The notes beneath the pieces are model-generated. The model had not been told where the DNA came from, ran no database searches, and saw only the letters and a program-made list of their open reading frames with translations. Positions 1 to 11,565 of a stretch of DNA of 63,778 bases are shown here, in pieces; the stretch's first letter is position 1, and each line of letters opens with the position of its first letter. Origin of the DNA: Setoptus koraiensis (Eukaryota; Animalia; Arthropoda); assembly GCA_048013815.1 (NCBI GenBank), contig CM106586.1, forward strand, positions 12,834,223 to 12,898,000. Reading direction: 5' to 3'. Position numbers and translations under genes: made by a program.

Positions 1-1307
1 AAGCCCATTCACCTGATAGTTTGTGGTACCGTCATCTGGTATTATACATTGTAATGATGAAATAAAAAAGGCGAATGCGCTTGCCCGTATCGTATGTCTT
101 ACATGATTGGGGCGACACAATTGTGGATTGGATTAACTTTTCAAAAGAGGTATGTGGATCATTAGTGTGACTATAGGATTCGGAATAAATGAGAATGTAT
201 ACGGAAAAAAATTAAAAGATAAAAACAGACGAATTGTAGCCCTGTTGCAGCGATCGAGGAAACAAAAGCTGCGGTCACTTTTCCGAGTGATCCTAGGATG
301 GTTCGACAAAATCGTGTTCACGAGATATGCACCATTTACCACATACCATGGCTTAGCATCAAACATGTCAATAGTAACTCATTAATAACGACAGATGTGA
401 GCTCTATAGCTACTAAATTGATTGTCCTATCCGAGCTGGGCAAGACGAGCTATATCCAAAACGTGCACAATGATTGGCACACCCAAATGGCGTACAAGTG
501 GATCCTTGATATTTCAAACCTTTGGTAAATTTCTCAAATTTACTTATAGAGGAACAATATGAACCTGTTACAAATGACAATTAATTCGGCGAATCATTAA
601 TAAAAATCTGACAGCAGAGAAATCACCAGTGATTAGAATACTACTAACATTGCGTTCCACTGGCATTTATCTAGTCACGTTAGTGGGGATTTCAGATGGG
701 GAATATTGCATGATCCAGCTGAGTTCCTCGCCAACTTTAGGTGCAAATGAAATAACTGAATCAGCTTTTTCAACGCAGGCCGAGACTGAATGATTTCAAA
801 ATGGAGCTTTGCGAATAAAATCGACAGCATTCTCTGATATCCTTTTCTTGGTATTGGCGATTGCGTGACTTTACGCTCTTTAGTATGCACGTATGCCACA
901 GTGCGAGATTGTTATGAATGTGATGAATCGATCGACAAATAGAAGTCAATCCAGCAGACTGTTTCGCGCCAAGTGAACATCCAGTTTTTCAATGCCTAAT
1001 TCGTGCCTGAAAACAAGGTTAGACGAGATTTTGCGTCAATTTAAACTAACACATTAAATTGACGCGACTGTGACGGCCCAGAAATTTGATTTGAGCGTTT
1101 CGGGCACGAAATAACGATGCGATATCCGTGACCGACATTGGTTACCTTGCATAGGGAAAGGCCGAGAGTAATTATTTGAGCAAGTTCTAATATATCTCAG
1201 ACCGACTCTGATGCGCCTGGTCACGTTGCTCGATATCCAAGGCAAAGAGAAAATCTCCAATTAGTGAGTATTCTAGACCCATCTTTGTGGAACACAATCG
1301 AAACAAA

Positions 1308-2891
1308 ATGTCAGTCATGGAAAGGAGAAAATTTTCAAATTATGGTCACCACGATACTAGACCGCCAGTCTTCTCAAATTTGGAAGAGAAAAAAGTGAGC
1401 AATTTGAGAGATCGTATCTACTGGATTGAGCTCACATTTAAGCTCGCTGGTTCCATCAAATTAACTAACTCGTTAACAATCAACATAGTCCAAAGAATAA
1501 TAATAAGTACAATTGTCTTTTATAGCATTTCTCTAACAGTAGTGAAAAGGACAAAAAATACCATGGTCTCGTCGGGACCTAGAGACTCGATTGATGAAGC
1601 AAAATATTACCTCGTCGTTATCCTTCCAAACTTTTTTAGTATTATAGTTTACTTGGCGACATTTGTTCCGGGGGTCTTGAATTATCACTATTTTGAATTG
1701 ATTTTAAACAAGAGTGAGACTGACGGGGGAAATTGTAACAAACGAAAACCTCAGATGAATAGTTCAGATAGAATAAGTGTTCTTGGAGGAGTTGGCAGAA
1801 CATTGAAGAAATTCTCGAGGGATAATGGATTTTTTATATATATTTGGTGTAGCACAATATTCGCGGCATCCTTAATGGTGTACGATGGCAAAGAAAATTT
1901 ATTTTACACGATTCTGTTCAATATACCCGATCATCATATAGCAGTCTGTAATTATATGTCCATCTATTATATAATCTATAGAATAACACTATCTATGGCA
2001 GACAGAATAATTATTTTAATAGAAAGAAGAAATGTCCTACCAGCGACAGTTGTTTTTAATACAATGGTACATGTTCGAGATGCATTGCTATTAATCAGAC
2101 GAGAAATAAGCTTATGTTACCTGCTAAATTTTACGCTGGCTGTATCACTGATGGCAAGACGCTTTTATATAGCAGTTGATGCAGTAAGAGTTGGAAGATA
2201 TATTGTTGCCTTGGGGGCAATCCTAAGCTATTCTAGTATACTCTGTCTCATATGGATGGTATCTAACGGATACGTTATAATACATAAGAATTCTCGTTTA
2301 TTGTTGCATCTTATTGAATGCAACCATTATCTTTTGCTAGAGGATAACTGTTTGGAGCAAGCTGACAAAACTTTGCAACAACAAATACTGAATGATAGAT
2401 ACAGGAAAGGAAAAGAAGACATATTTCTACAAGCCAACAGTGACAAATCGACAAGAAACACAAAACAACAAAAAATTCAAAAGAAGTCGTCTGTCGAAAG
2501 CAAGGCCGAGGGACATTGTACTTACGGGGCTGGTAATCCTAGCGACTGCAACATTTATGGCACAAATAAGAATGTTTTTCTCCACACCAGCGAACATGGG
2601 CAATTTAAGGGGCATCATCAGCATTTAATGGCAAGCAATACCACACGGGACGATCAACTGAACGAAATAGTCTCATTAGTAAGGAAGAGCGATGTTCTCT
2701 TATTGAGGCGCCTCGTTGAGGAGATCTGTAACTTTTGGCCAACAGATTGGCTCAGGCCTGATGTAAATAGCCTGATTAAGATTAATGTATTAATAATAAC
2801 AATTGTTACCTCTCTCGTCCAGTCTTCAGCCTATGTCGAGAGATGGATCAAAAAAAATAATTCACCAATTGAGAGTAGTCTGGTGGCCTAA
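1308..2891 (+). CDS. Multi-pass membrane protein, probable divergent gustatory-receptor-like (7TM chemoreceptor) with a long hydrophilic insert; single exon
   Basis: Intronless ORF (ORF track starts at GTG 1287; first ATG 1308) with about 7 hydrophobic segments. C-terminal 'INVLIITIVTSLVQS' resembles the GR TM7 T-x-hhhh-Q motif. Family call is by pattern only. Confidence 0.5.
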   Translation: MSVMERRKFSNYGHHDTRPPVFSNLEEKKVSNLRDRIYWIELTFKLAGSIKLTNSLTINIVQRIIISTIVFYSISLTVVKRTKNTMVSSGPRDSIDEAKYYLVVILPNFFSIIVYLATFVPGVLNYHYFELILNKSETDGGNCNKRKPQMNSSDRISVLGGVGRTLKKFSRDNGFFIYIWCSTIFAASLMVYDGKENLFYTILFNIPDHHIAVCNYMSIYYIIYRITLSMADRIIILIERRNVLPATVVFNTMVHVRDALLLIRREISLCYLLNFTLAVSLMARRFYIAVDAVRVGRYIVALGAILSYSSILCLIWMVSNGYVIIHKNSRLLLHLIECNHYLLLEDNCLEQADKTLQQQILNDRYRKGKEDIFLQANSDKSTRNTKQQKIQKKSSVESKAEGHCTYGAGNPSDCNIYGTNKNVFLHTSEHGQFKGHHQHLMASNTTRDDQLNEIVSLVRKSDVLLLRRLVEEICNFWPTDWLRPDVNSLIKINVLIITIVTSLVQSSAYVERWIKKNNSPIESSLVA

Positions 2892-3735
2892 ATGGTTTGT
2901 ACCCATGGCATTTACTATAAAGAATCAAAACAACTGAGCCCGAACGGACCTAAAGTGGCCTTCATCCTCAATAAAGGCCAATTGAAGAAAAATGCAACCA
3001 ATGATCAAATATTCGATGTCACATCTAGTGTAATATAGATTGAGTTTATACTTCTGGTCTCATTTTGGGCCTCAATCTTAGGGTCTAATAATTTTTGGTT
3101 TAACTCACCAGATAGCTCGGGTCGAGACGAATAAAATGGTGCGTCAGTTTCAAGAAAAAAATAGGCGGCAAGGGCGAAAAAGGCGATTAAGAGGGGAAAA
3201 CCGACGAAAAACTTAGATAATCAATGTCTTTCATTCGGCAGGCCTCTATTCAAACACCTGACACACCCAATCGGTTGCGTAAGCTCAAATAATAACTTTG
3301 AATTTTTTTCACTCATATGGAACACCTCCTTTTCTAGATTCACAAGTTCCAAGGGTAAAGGAGAAAAATTGCAATAGTGCATTGGAACAATATTCAGCGA
3401 ATATGTGACAAGAGATGGAACGTTGTTGCATTGGAATTTATATATCGCTTTCTAGATTGTTCTTTGAAAAACTTGTGGAGTAAGTCACCTATTGTAGCCA
3501 CAGTAGTTGGATTTGCCCAAAATAGCGCTTCGGAATTTGGTCTCGGAGGCTACTGGTATAGAATTGGCTCAAAATGGATCTTGGATTGCTATTTTGGTCG
3601 CCTGTTTAGAAATGTTCTCAACTCTTTCACAAAAGTTTTCCATAAAAACCAGTTTCGTTTGGAAAAAAGCAGTATATCGAATAATTATAAGATAAAAAAT
3701 CAACCAATTGATTCGTTAAATTTTAATATTAAATA

Positions 3736-4494
3736 ATGAACTCGATCAATATTGTTAGTATCGCTGCTGTTGCAGTTATATTAGTTGTAAGTCATTCCTC
3801 CGTAGTGATGAGTGATGAAACAAAATTTCTGGAACAGATAAAAGTGATCAATGATGAAATCGAAGTATGGTACCAGGAAGAGGAGACCATCGGGTCACAT
3901 GTCAAGCATGCTATTCAACCAGAAAATGAAGTTCGGCGTCAGTGTAAGAAACATCATTGGCCCAGACTATTGGTGAACGTGCTGCAGGTGGCTTCTGGAG
4001 TTCCTCTATCACACGAAATTAACAGAACGAATGTGCACCGTATTATTGCCGGTGTAAAAAATAAGAGAGAGAGAGAATATGAGAATATGAAAGAAGAATT
4101 CGTGAGTAATCTTGAAAAATATCTGGCAACAAAATACAGTTCGAAAGATCAGAGCGCCGAACGAAAGAGAAATGTTTTCATTAATGAACGGCATAGATTG
4201 TGTGAGCCGAACAGGCCCAAAGTTAAGGGGCATTTCGATTACAAAGAAGCTATCGATAAAGTCCTCGATCTGAAGCGGAAGGAAGAGATCGATGATGAGG
4301 AATTCTTCAAACATGTCGTTTACACAGAGAAACCGATAGCGCAGCTATATTCTGCTGCATTGCTCTGTCAAATATATTTTGACGGTATCAAAATCAAAGA
4401 GGATGGATCTAACGTCACGTTCAATGTAGATATATCTGATACTGAAGTTGACAAATGGCCCTTCCCGAGCTGGCGCATTTGGACTAAAATCTAA
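3736..4494 (+). CDS. Orphan secreted protein, 252 aa, charged and helical, 3 Cys
   Basis: ATG-initiated intronless ORF with clear signal peptide MNSINIVSIAAVAVILVVSHSSVVMS; no known domain recognised. Confidence 0.75.
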   Translation: MNSINIVSIAAVAVILVVSHSSVVMSDETKFLEQIKVINDEIEVWYQEEETIGSHVKHAIQPENEVRRQCKKHHWPRLLVNVLQVASGVPLSHEINRTNVHRIIAGVKNKREREYENMKEEFVSNLEKYLATKYSSKDQSAERKRNVFINERHRLCEPNRPKVKGHFDYKEAIDKVLDLKRKEEIDDEEFFKHVVYTEKPIAQLYSAALLCQIYFDGIKIKEDGSNVTFNVDISDTEVDKWPFPSWRIWTKI

Positions 4495-5264
4495 TTCCAG
4501 CATCACCATTAGAGTACCTTCCGGTACATCGGCTATCGAAAGAGCAGAAAAGCGATTCGTTCACCTGGCGACAAGTCGTTTGTGATGTCAAGAGATAAAA
4601 TAAATTATCCATTTTCATTCAGAGAATTGTATCATGTTGCAAGACGATTTTTCTTCATTCTGGTTCAGTTATTCTGGTTTAGACATCTGGCTACTTTGAA
4701 GATTAGATTGAAAATGCGTATTCCCTTTGCTCTACATCTCAACGGTGTTGTAGTTCAGCTAGTTACTAGTGTGAAATATAAGTCGGGATGATGTTTAATT
4801 TGTTCTCATCATCATGACAAATGTAGATATGTAAGCACTGTTTATGGTTTTTCAATCAAAAAAAGAAGTCGTAAGCATAACTAGTCCGTGACTAGTATAT
4901 ATGTTACAGGAATACAAGGATATCTTTCTAATGAATGCAATCAAGGAATACAATTGAGCCTGTGGGCTCATCTGCTCTAAATGGTGGTTCGACTCATACT
5001 CAGGTTCTATGAATCTCGTTCTCAGTATTTGGGTGTCGAAATACTGAAATATCGATATGTTCTTTACGATAAAGATTTGTTACATGAGGTCGAACGTAGA
5101 GACGAAATCGCTCGCAAAAGGATTAGACAAGAAGAGAAGATTAACTGATCGATATAGCTAACCAAATCGATTATTGACAGAAAATTTTTGGCTTGTGGCA
5201 AGAACTGCTTTTGGTTAAAGTTTCTCTGTATAGTTTTTGAAACAGAAGAGAAAAATTTTTGCAT

Positions 5265-5624
5265 TTATTCAAACATTCTCAACTTTTCCAATTCCTTCCT
5301 TTCCTTCAATAATTGCGTATATTTGAGCGCAGGTAGATGAAATTTTTTTTTGCTCAGGATTGCCTCTCGTCTTAACTTTTCCAATTGGATATTCTGTCGC
5401 AGGTACTGTGTATAAGTTAGCTCGGTGAATTTATTTTTTTCTCGATCTACGTCTTTTCTTATTCTAGCCAATTCATTTTTGTCTCGCAACATTTTCTCCT
5501 TTGTTATGGGTGACGGTCGAACGAGAGCAACAGGTCGCGGCCCGGCACTTTTGTCTTGATTTACAGTATCCTTGTTGGCAAATACAACAATGACAATAAT
5601 GGCAATGATAATGATTGTAATCAT
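5265..5624 (-). CDS. Small single-TM/signal-anchor protein with basic coiled-coil and an internal YTQxL...LEKLR repeat; possibly part of a longer stop-interrupted frame
   Basis: 119-aa ATG ORF with hydrophobic ITIIIIAIIVIVVFA, then TYTQYLRQNIQLEKLR / KYTQLLKERKELEKLR. Confidence 0.5.
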   Translation of the reverse strand: MITIIIIAIIVIVVFANKDTVNQDKSAGPRPVALVRPSPITKEKMLRDKNELARIRKDVDREKNKFTELTYTQYLRQNIQLEKLRREAILSKKKFHLPALKYTQLLKERKELEKLRMFE

Positions 5625-6413
5625 GCCGACGGTTTGAATATTACGCTGATTGATGTTCTCGGTGATTGTATATATCCAGTGATTGAAGTAGTTGAATTAG
5701 TGGTCATAATTGGAGGTTTTCTCCGACAAACCAACTGATGATGCAGATGCAGTTGAAGGGACTCTTCTATCGGGCGTGTTTCCTATGAGTAGGCTGTTGC
5801 ATCTGGTGTTCGGGGATAAAAACAAAATGAATGAGTTGATTAGTCGCTGTTTTAATCACTGTTGTTCATCCGTTCTTTCCATGGCTTTGGTGCCCTTTAT
5901 AGTTGGTGTGTTTCCACACAAAAAGTCAACAGGTCAACAGCGATTTCATCATCGGAAAACCGCTGACGGCCGGTCAGCGCAACCTAGAGACGGTGCCCAC
6001 AACTGAAAAGTTGAGCGCTAAGTTTTGAAAAAAGCAAAAAAGAAGAAAAAAAGTTTGTCGATGTTACCCTGGTCGATATTTGAAAACTCGATGTTATGAG
6101 TTTCAGTACACCGAAAGCCGTTGAATTGGCGCACTGCGGACGCTGTGTCGTGTGTCGGTGATGTCAACTTTCGCTTAAGTAATGCGTCGTCGAATCAAGT
6201 TCTTGTTGCTTTGCGTGCCACCAGTTTTGCCCCTGTTTTGCACAAACAATTGAACTTTAACGGTAAGTTTACACGTGTAGTCGCACGCACCAACAAATAA
6301 ATATCGATCGAGTCGGCCGGACTTGTCATAATTATCAAATCCGCAATCAATCATCATTATTTATTATTATAATTATTACTATTTATTGTTGTTTGTAACA
6401 ACCAGACGGTCAC

Positions 6414-7322
6414 ATGTCAACGCCCTTGATTGATACGCCAGGCGACGGCTCAGAGGCCGAAGATCAAACCACTGCTACGGAACAACAATACGACGATGGA
6501 CAGGTGAGACACACCAGAACGGGCAAAAAATTCTCTTTAGCCGATTTTGAGATAGGCAGACCGCTGGGCAAGGGCAAATTCGGTAACGTTTATTTGGCCA
6601 GGGAAAAGGAGAGCCGATATATTGTTGCATTGAAGGTGCTGTCAAAGAAGCAGCTCATTAGGAACAATGTTCAGCATCAATTGCGACGCGAAATAGAGAT
6701 ACAGTCACATTTGGAACATGAGAACATACTGAAGATGTTCGGCTATTTCTACGACGACACACGCATTTATCTCATATTAGAATATGCACCGCGTGGCGAA
6801 TTGTACAAGAAATTGCGCGACAGCAGACGCTTCGACGAACCACTGGCAGCAACATATGTAACCCAGTGTATTGAGGCGCTTATTGTTTGCCATAACAAAG
6901 ATGTCATCCATCGTGATATCAAACCGGAGAATATTCTGCTGGGATTCCGTGGCGAAATTAAAATAGCCGATTTTGGCTGGTCAGTTCATGCGCCGTCGTC
7001 GCGCCGGACAACCATGTGCGGAACAATAGATTATTTGCCACCCGAAATGGTACAAAGGAAGGCCTACGACAAAAATGTTGATCTCTGGTGCTTAGGCGTG
7101 CTTACCTATGAGTTTATTGTTGGCGTTCCGCCATTCGAGATGGAAAGAGTCGAGGATACTTACGCAAACATATGCGCCGTTAAATACACCATTCCACCTA
7201 GTGTGTCAGAGTTGGCCAAAGATTTCATTAGTCGTCTGCTCAAAGGGGATCCCAAGCAACGGATGCAGCTAGAGGATGCAAAGCGACACCCCTGGATTGT
7301 GGCAAACCACAAGCCTGACTAG
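6414..7322 (+). CDS. aur: Aurora kinase (short N-terminus; A versus B not resolvable by eye), single exon
   Basis: [57 protein letters not shown] are Aurora signatures. Confidence 0.97.
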   Translation: MSTPLIDTPGDGSEAEDQTTATEQQYDDGQVRHTRTGKKFSLADFEIGRPLGKGKFGNVYLAREKESRYIVALKVLSKKQLIRNNVQHQLRREIEIQSHLEHENILKMFGYFYDDTRIYLILEYAPRGELYKKLRDSRRFDEPLAATYVTQCIEALIVCHNKDVIHRDIKPENILLGFRGEIKIADFGWSVHAPSSRRTTMCGTIDYLPPEMVQRKAYDKNVDLWCLGVLTYEFIVGVPPFEMERVEDTYANICAVKYTIPPSVSELAKDFISRLLKGDPKQRMQLEDAKRHPWIVANHKPD

Positions 7323-7612
7323 TTGTGACGCCGTTGTGATGTCTCGGCAATGTTCACCTATCGATTGAATTGTACATCTCAGTTTTTTATGTGGTGTCGT
7401 GTTGTATTTCAGACGCGAGTTACAGTTACAATTCACACTTGACGAACACGATCAATATATGATTAAAGTTTTGGCTCAAGTCACTATCTTGTAATCTGCT
7501 GTTAAAAGGAATACTTTATTTGATGCTTGTCTCTCATATAAAAACTCTTCAAAATAGACTAACAATTTGATTGACTGGACAAACGAGATGCTAAAACTCG
7601 ACGGACAATTAA

Positions 7613-10600
7613 TTAATAATTATTGAGATCCTCGTGCAATATGTGAGCACTTTTTGGCAATACTAGCTTATTTTCCTTGGCGTAAGTTGACCAGCGTCTG
7701 TAATCTGAGTCATCCGTGACCCATCTACGGCCAACTTGCATCTCCAGATCGCATAAGTCACACCAAAGTTGGTAGTCCTGGACAGTTGGTAAAGTTGGGC
7801 GAAAATCAAACATCAACAAAGTCAATTCATTAATTATGATCATTAATTGATTGAGTTATCTCAATTCGTTGACATAGTGATAATAAACGGACTTACCTGT
7901 ACCCATGGATGCATTTGAGCTTTGCTGCAGCTTAAGCGCTGCTCTGATCTCACCTTTAGCAAACTATTGATAAACTCTATTGCTGTTCGCGATATTTTTG
8001 CCCATGGATCATCTGGATACATGAAGCTGGCTCGGGATATTTGATCGTGTATATCCTCTCGTTCCGTGAATGGAAAAGTTCCGCTCAAACTGACGTAAAC
8101 AATTACACCCGTTGACCAAAGATCCAAACTTCTATCGTAGCATTGGCCCTTCACCACCTCAGGCGCTAAATAAGCCGGTGTGCCAACCAACGAGCGTCTA
8201 AACGAATTCTCTTCAATTATTTTTGCAAAACCAAAATCGCACAATTTGATTTGTGGAAATTGTGAATTGCTAGCCAATAATACGTTCTCTGGTTTCAAAT
8301 CACAATGGGCAATGTTTTTTGTGTGCAAATATCTCAGCGCCTCCAATATTTGATAGATTAAAAACTTTGTCACTCTCTCACTTAATTTGCTACCCTCCGA
8401 TGACAGTATCATCTCAAGCATATCACCGCACAACTTTTCCATTATTATATAAATCTTATCTCTTAGGTCATAAACACGATCCAATATGATGACGCCCGGA
8501 TGGTCCAATCGTGACAATATTTCAGCCTCGTTCTTCAGTTGATTTTGTTGCGTAGACTGAAATCGCAACTTGCATATTTCTTTTATGGCGACAGGCACCC
8601 CCGAATATGTGTCATTGTCTACCACTCTGAACTGACCTATGGCGCCATAAACTGAACCAAACTGACCACTGCCTAGAATTTCTTTGCTTTTTCCATTGGC
8701 GTCCTTGGCGATAAGATATTGGCCCTCTATTAAATGATCGGGCACATCGTGCTTGGGAATTTTGATTCTGACAGAGCGCCTATTAGCAAGCCGGCTCTTG
8801 ACCAATTGTTTGCTGAAGCCAGATTGGTGTTGATTTGGGCGACTTTGTTGTCTGAATTGATGCTGGTTGCGCTGGTGACCGCGTGGAGACGTCCTAGCGG
8901 TGGACGCAGTTGATGTTTTGGTTTTAGATATGTCAACCATTTCGGTTATATCCGATCCTTTTCTGGGCGGCTCTGCGTTCGCTTGAATGTCGGCTGCATC
9001 CGTTGTGGAGGATGCAGCCTCTTTTGAGGCCTCCACCAATGGCGATTGTTTGTCGGCTGAATCAGCAGCCGCCTGAGACGAAGAGATCAACTGTTGGCCT
9101 GTTTTGTCTGCCGATTGCTTGCCAACATTTTCACCCTTGTTATTGTTGGTATCTGAGGCCTCGTCGCCGGAAGTGGCGGTTGGCTGTTGCGATTCACTGG
9201 CGAGTTGTTGCTCCTCGTTTTGAACTTGTTCGAAAACTTTCGACAGAGTGTGCTTCCAAAGTTGCGCCGAAGACTGGTCGACAGCCTCAACAAAGTACGT
9301 TGAGCCGGACAATACTTCGAACACAAACGATCTGTTTAAATCTATTTCCTGTTGGGGCAATATACTGTCGCTAGTGAGCAAGTTGGTGTCACTGCGAGCC
9401 GATTCAAGTTGCAAATCCTGTTGCTGACCGCCAGTGCCAGCATTGTTTGCTTTGGTGTTGGTTTCCTCGGTCGAGTCGGCGCTCTTCGGAAGTGACACAT
9501 TAGTGACACTGGAGCTGTAAATCTGAGACAACTTTTCTGTGGCTTCTTTGCCATCGACATTGGTGCCGGTGGCGGCGCTGCTGGCGCCCTTGCTCTTGGG
9601 CACTATGGACAGTGTTGCCGGCGATATGGTGGAGGCGGAAAGAACTCGCTTGATTTTCTTGATGGCTATAGCTTTGAAATAACGCTTTGAGGAGTCGTCC
9701 TTGTACAGTGTGATGTCGGTGTCGTCCAAGCGCCAATAGTGTCGCCTGATACAATTGTTGGACAGGGTCCGGTGAGTGAGCCAGCCCTCGAGAATGGATT
9801 TCGTTGGATCGGGCTTCTTGATGTGCTTGACACTTTGCACCAGACGCTGCAAAGGTATGTTATCGGCATTGCTGGACGAGGAGCCGCCATCGCCGTCGAC
9901 TTGCCGATGATCGGCGCCCTCGAACGCCGAGGCCTCCTTGGCGGGCTGTTGAGAGGCCTCAATGAGGGCCGCTTTTCGCTCCATGTTTGCTGTCCATTCT
10001 TCGCCGGGACAATTCTTCTTGATGCACGACTTGCATCGAGGGTGGACAACGATTTTGCAATCTTTGCACTTGTGGCTTATGGCGCCAAACAAAAGCACTT
10101 GTTCGCAAACAAAACAATGCGTACAATTGTTTGCGACCTCGCTCAACACCAACGTGTGCGGTATCTCAATTTTAAATCTGTTTATTTGCTGATTATTTAA
10201 TTGAGAATCGTCGTTGCCCGCGTCACCTGTATGTTTTGGTATTTTGTTTGACGCTGTTGCTTGCGTTGTTTGGTCGCTCGCCAACGAACCGCCGTCCACC
10301 GCATACAGAAATTCATCTCTCAGATTCTGGCGACTGGTGGAGGCGCTGGCCGAGCCACCGGCATTGCGACTCATGGACTTCAACGATTGATTGGTCACCA
10401 GCAATAGATGCATGTCGTCAGAAACGACCGACTGGCCGCCCGATCGCTTGTTGGTCAAATCGGGCGTTTTGACGTTGTCGTCGGCGCTCATGTCCAACAA
10501 TCTTCGGCCCTCTGAGCTGGCCGGTTTGCTTCCGTTGCAGCTCGTTATAGACACTAGAAGATTTTGTTGCGATATGGACAAGTTGTTAAGTCGATCTAAT

Positions 10601-11565
10601 GGGCCCAGATGCTTGCTTTTGTCGTGCGTTTTATTGGATTGACGCACAAATCCCTTGGACGAGGCCCTGTGGTGGCCGTTGTGATGCGCCGATCTGTGTA
10701 CCAAAGACTCAAACAGGCCCCCGGATAAGCGTGGCGTCTGATGCGAGCTGCCAGTATTGAGCGACGCATGAAAATCTTCGCTAGATGTCAGATTTGAGGC
10801 GGATTTTCTTTTGCCGGATATTTGCGACAACAGTGGCGGCAAGCAACCGTCGCCTTGCAGTTCGTTGTTGGCGCATTTCTTGTGAAAATTCTTATTACAT
10901 TGTTCACATTTTAAACCTTGCCTAAATATACCAAACAACAGTGTCTTACAAATATCGCAGTAGGTGGGTGTCTTATAGGAATGCACCACCAACGAGTGGG
11001 GAACCTTTTGAGGATTGTAGCCATACAAATTGGAGGCACGCTGCAGGAACAGGCTAGACGGCTCCAATTGTTTTTCGCTTTTCTCTATAACTAAATAAGT
11101 GTTTGTTTGTATGTCTGAGACGGCATTGAACGGCGCAAAGGATTCGTCCTCGACATCGAATATTCTCAATATGATGCGCTCCTTGATTTGATCAATATCG
11201 GCCAGCGGGGCCCGTTGATTCTGATACAATTCCTTGAGGTAATTCAGTGCTAACTGCTTAATGGCGCCTAATGTCATTTTATCACGATTTAGGGTAACTT
11301 TTTTAGTAAAAATGCTGGTCTTTAGATAAAATTGCACACTGTTGCTGTCGATTGTTTGGTTATTGTTGCTGCTATTGTTGTTGTTGTTGCTGCTGCTGCT
11401 ACTGTTTCCGGAATTAACACTAGAGGCGCTTGTAGTTAGCTCATTGTCGCACAACAAATGCTGTTGGTCTTCCTGTTGCTGGCGCGTCTGTTGCGCAGAC
11501 TGACAGCCAGACGGCGCCCCCATAGATTCCTGGACATTTTTAGCAGCTGACGAGGGCGACATCAT
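7613..11565 (-). CDS. PKD: Protein kinase D (C1a, C1b, PH, CAMK-type kinase); exons 11565-7897 and 7777-7613
   Basis: HSYKTPTYCDIC C1a; EGWLTHRT...RHYWRLD PH; HCDLKPENVLL; activation loop SFRRSLVGTPAYLAPE. Donor CAG|GTAAGT at 7896 and acceptor CAG| at 7778 join in phase 0 to DYQLWCDLCDLEMQVGRRW, matching the PKD post-kinase segment. Confidence 0.97.

Noticed and set aside
3377-3736. 119-aa ORF overlapping the next ATG (TAATG), suggestive of translational coupling or a hAT fragment
   Set aside because: GTG start in a eukaryote, no recognisable motif; the overlap is easily chance in AT-rich DNA.
4955-5005. GGTTCGACTC T-loop-like motif next to a small hairpin (also GTTCGAACCC near 60301)
   Set aside because: No acceptor stem, D-arm or A-box could be built; not a tRNA.
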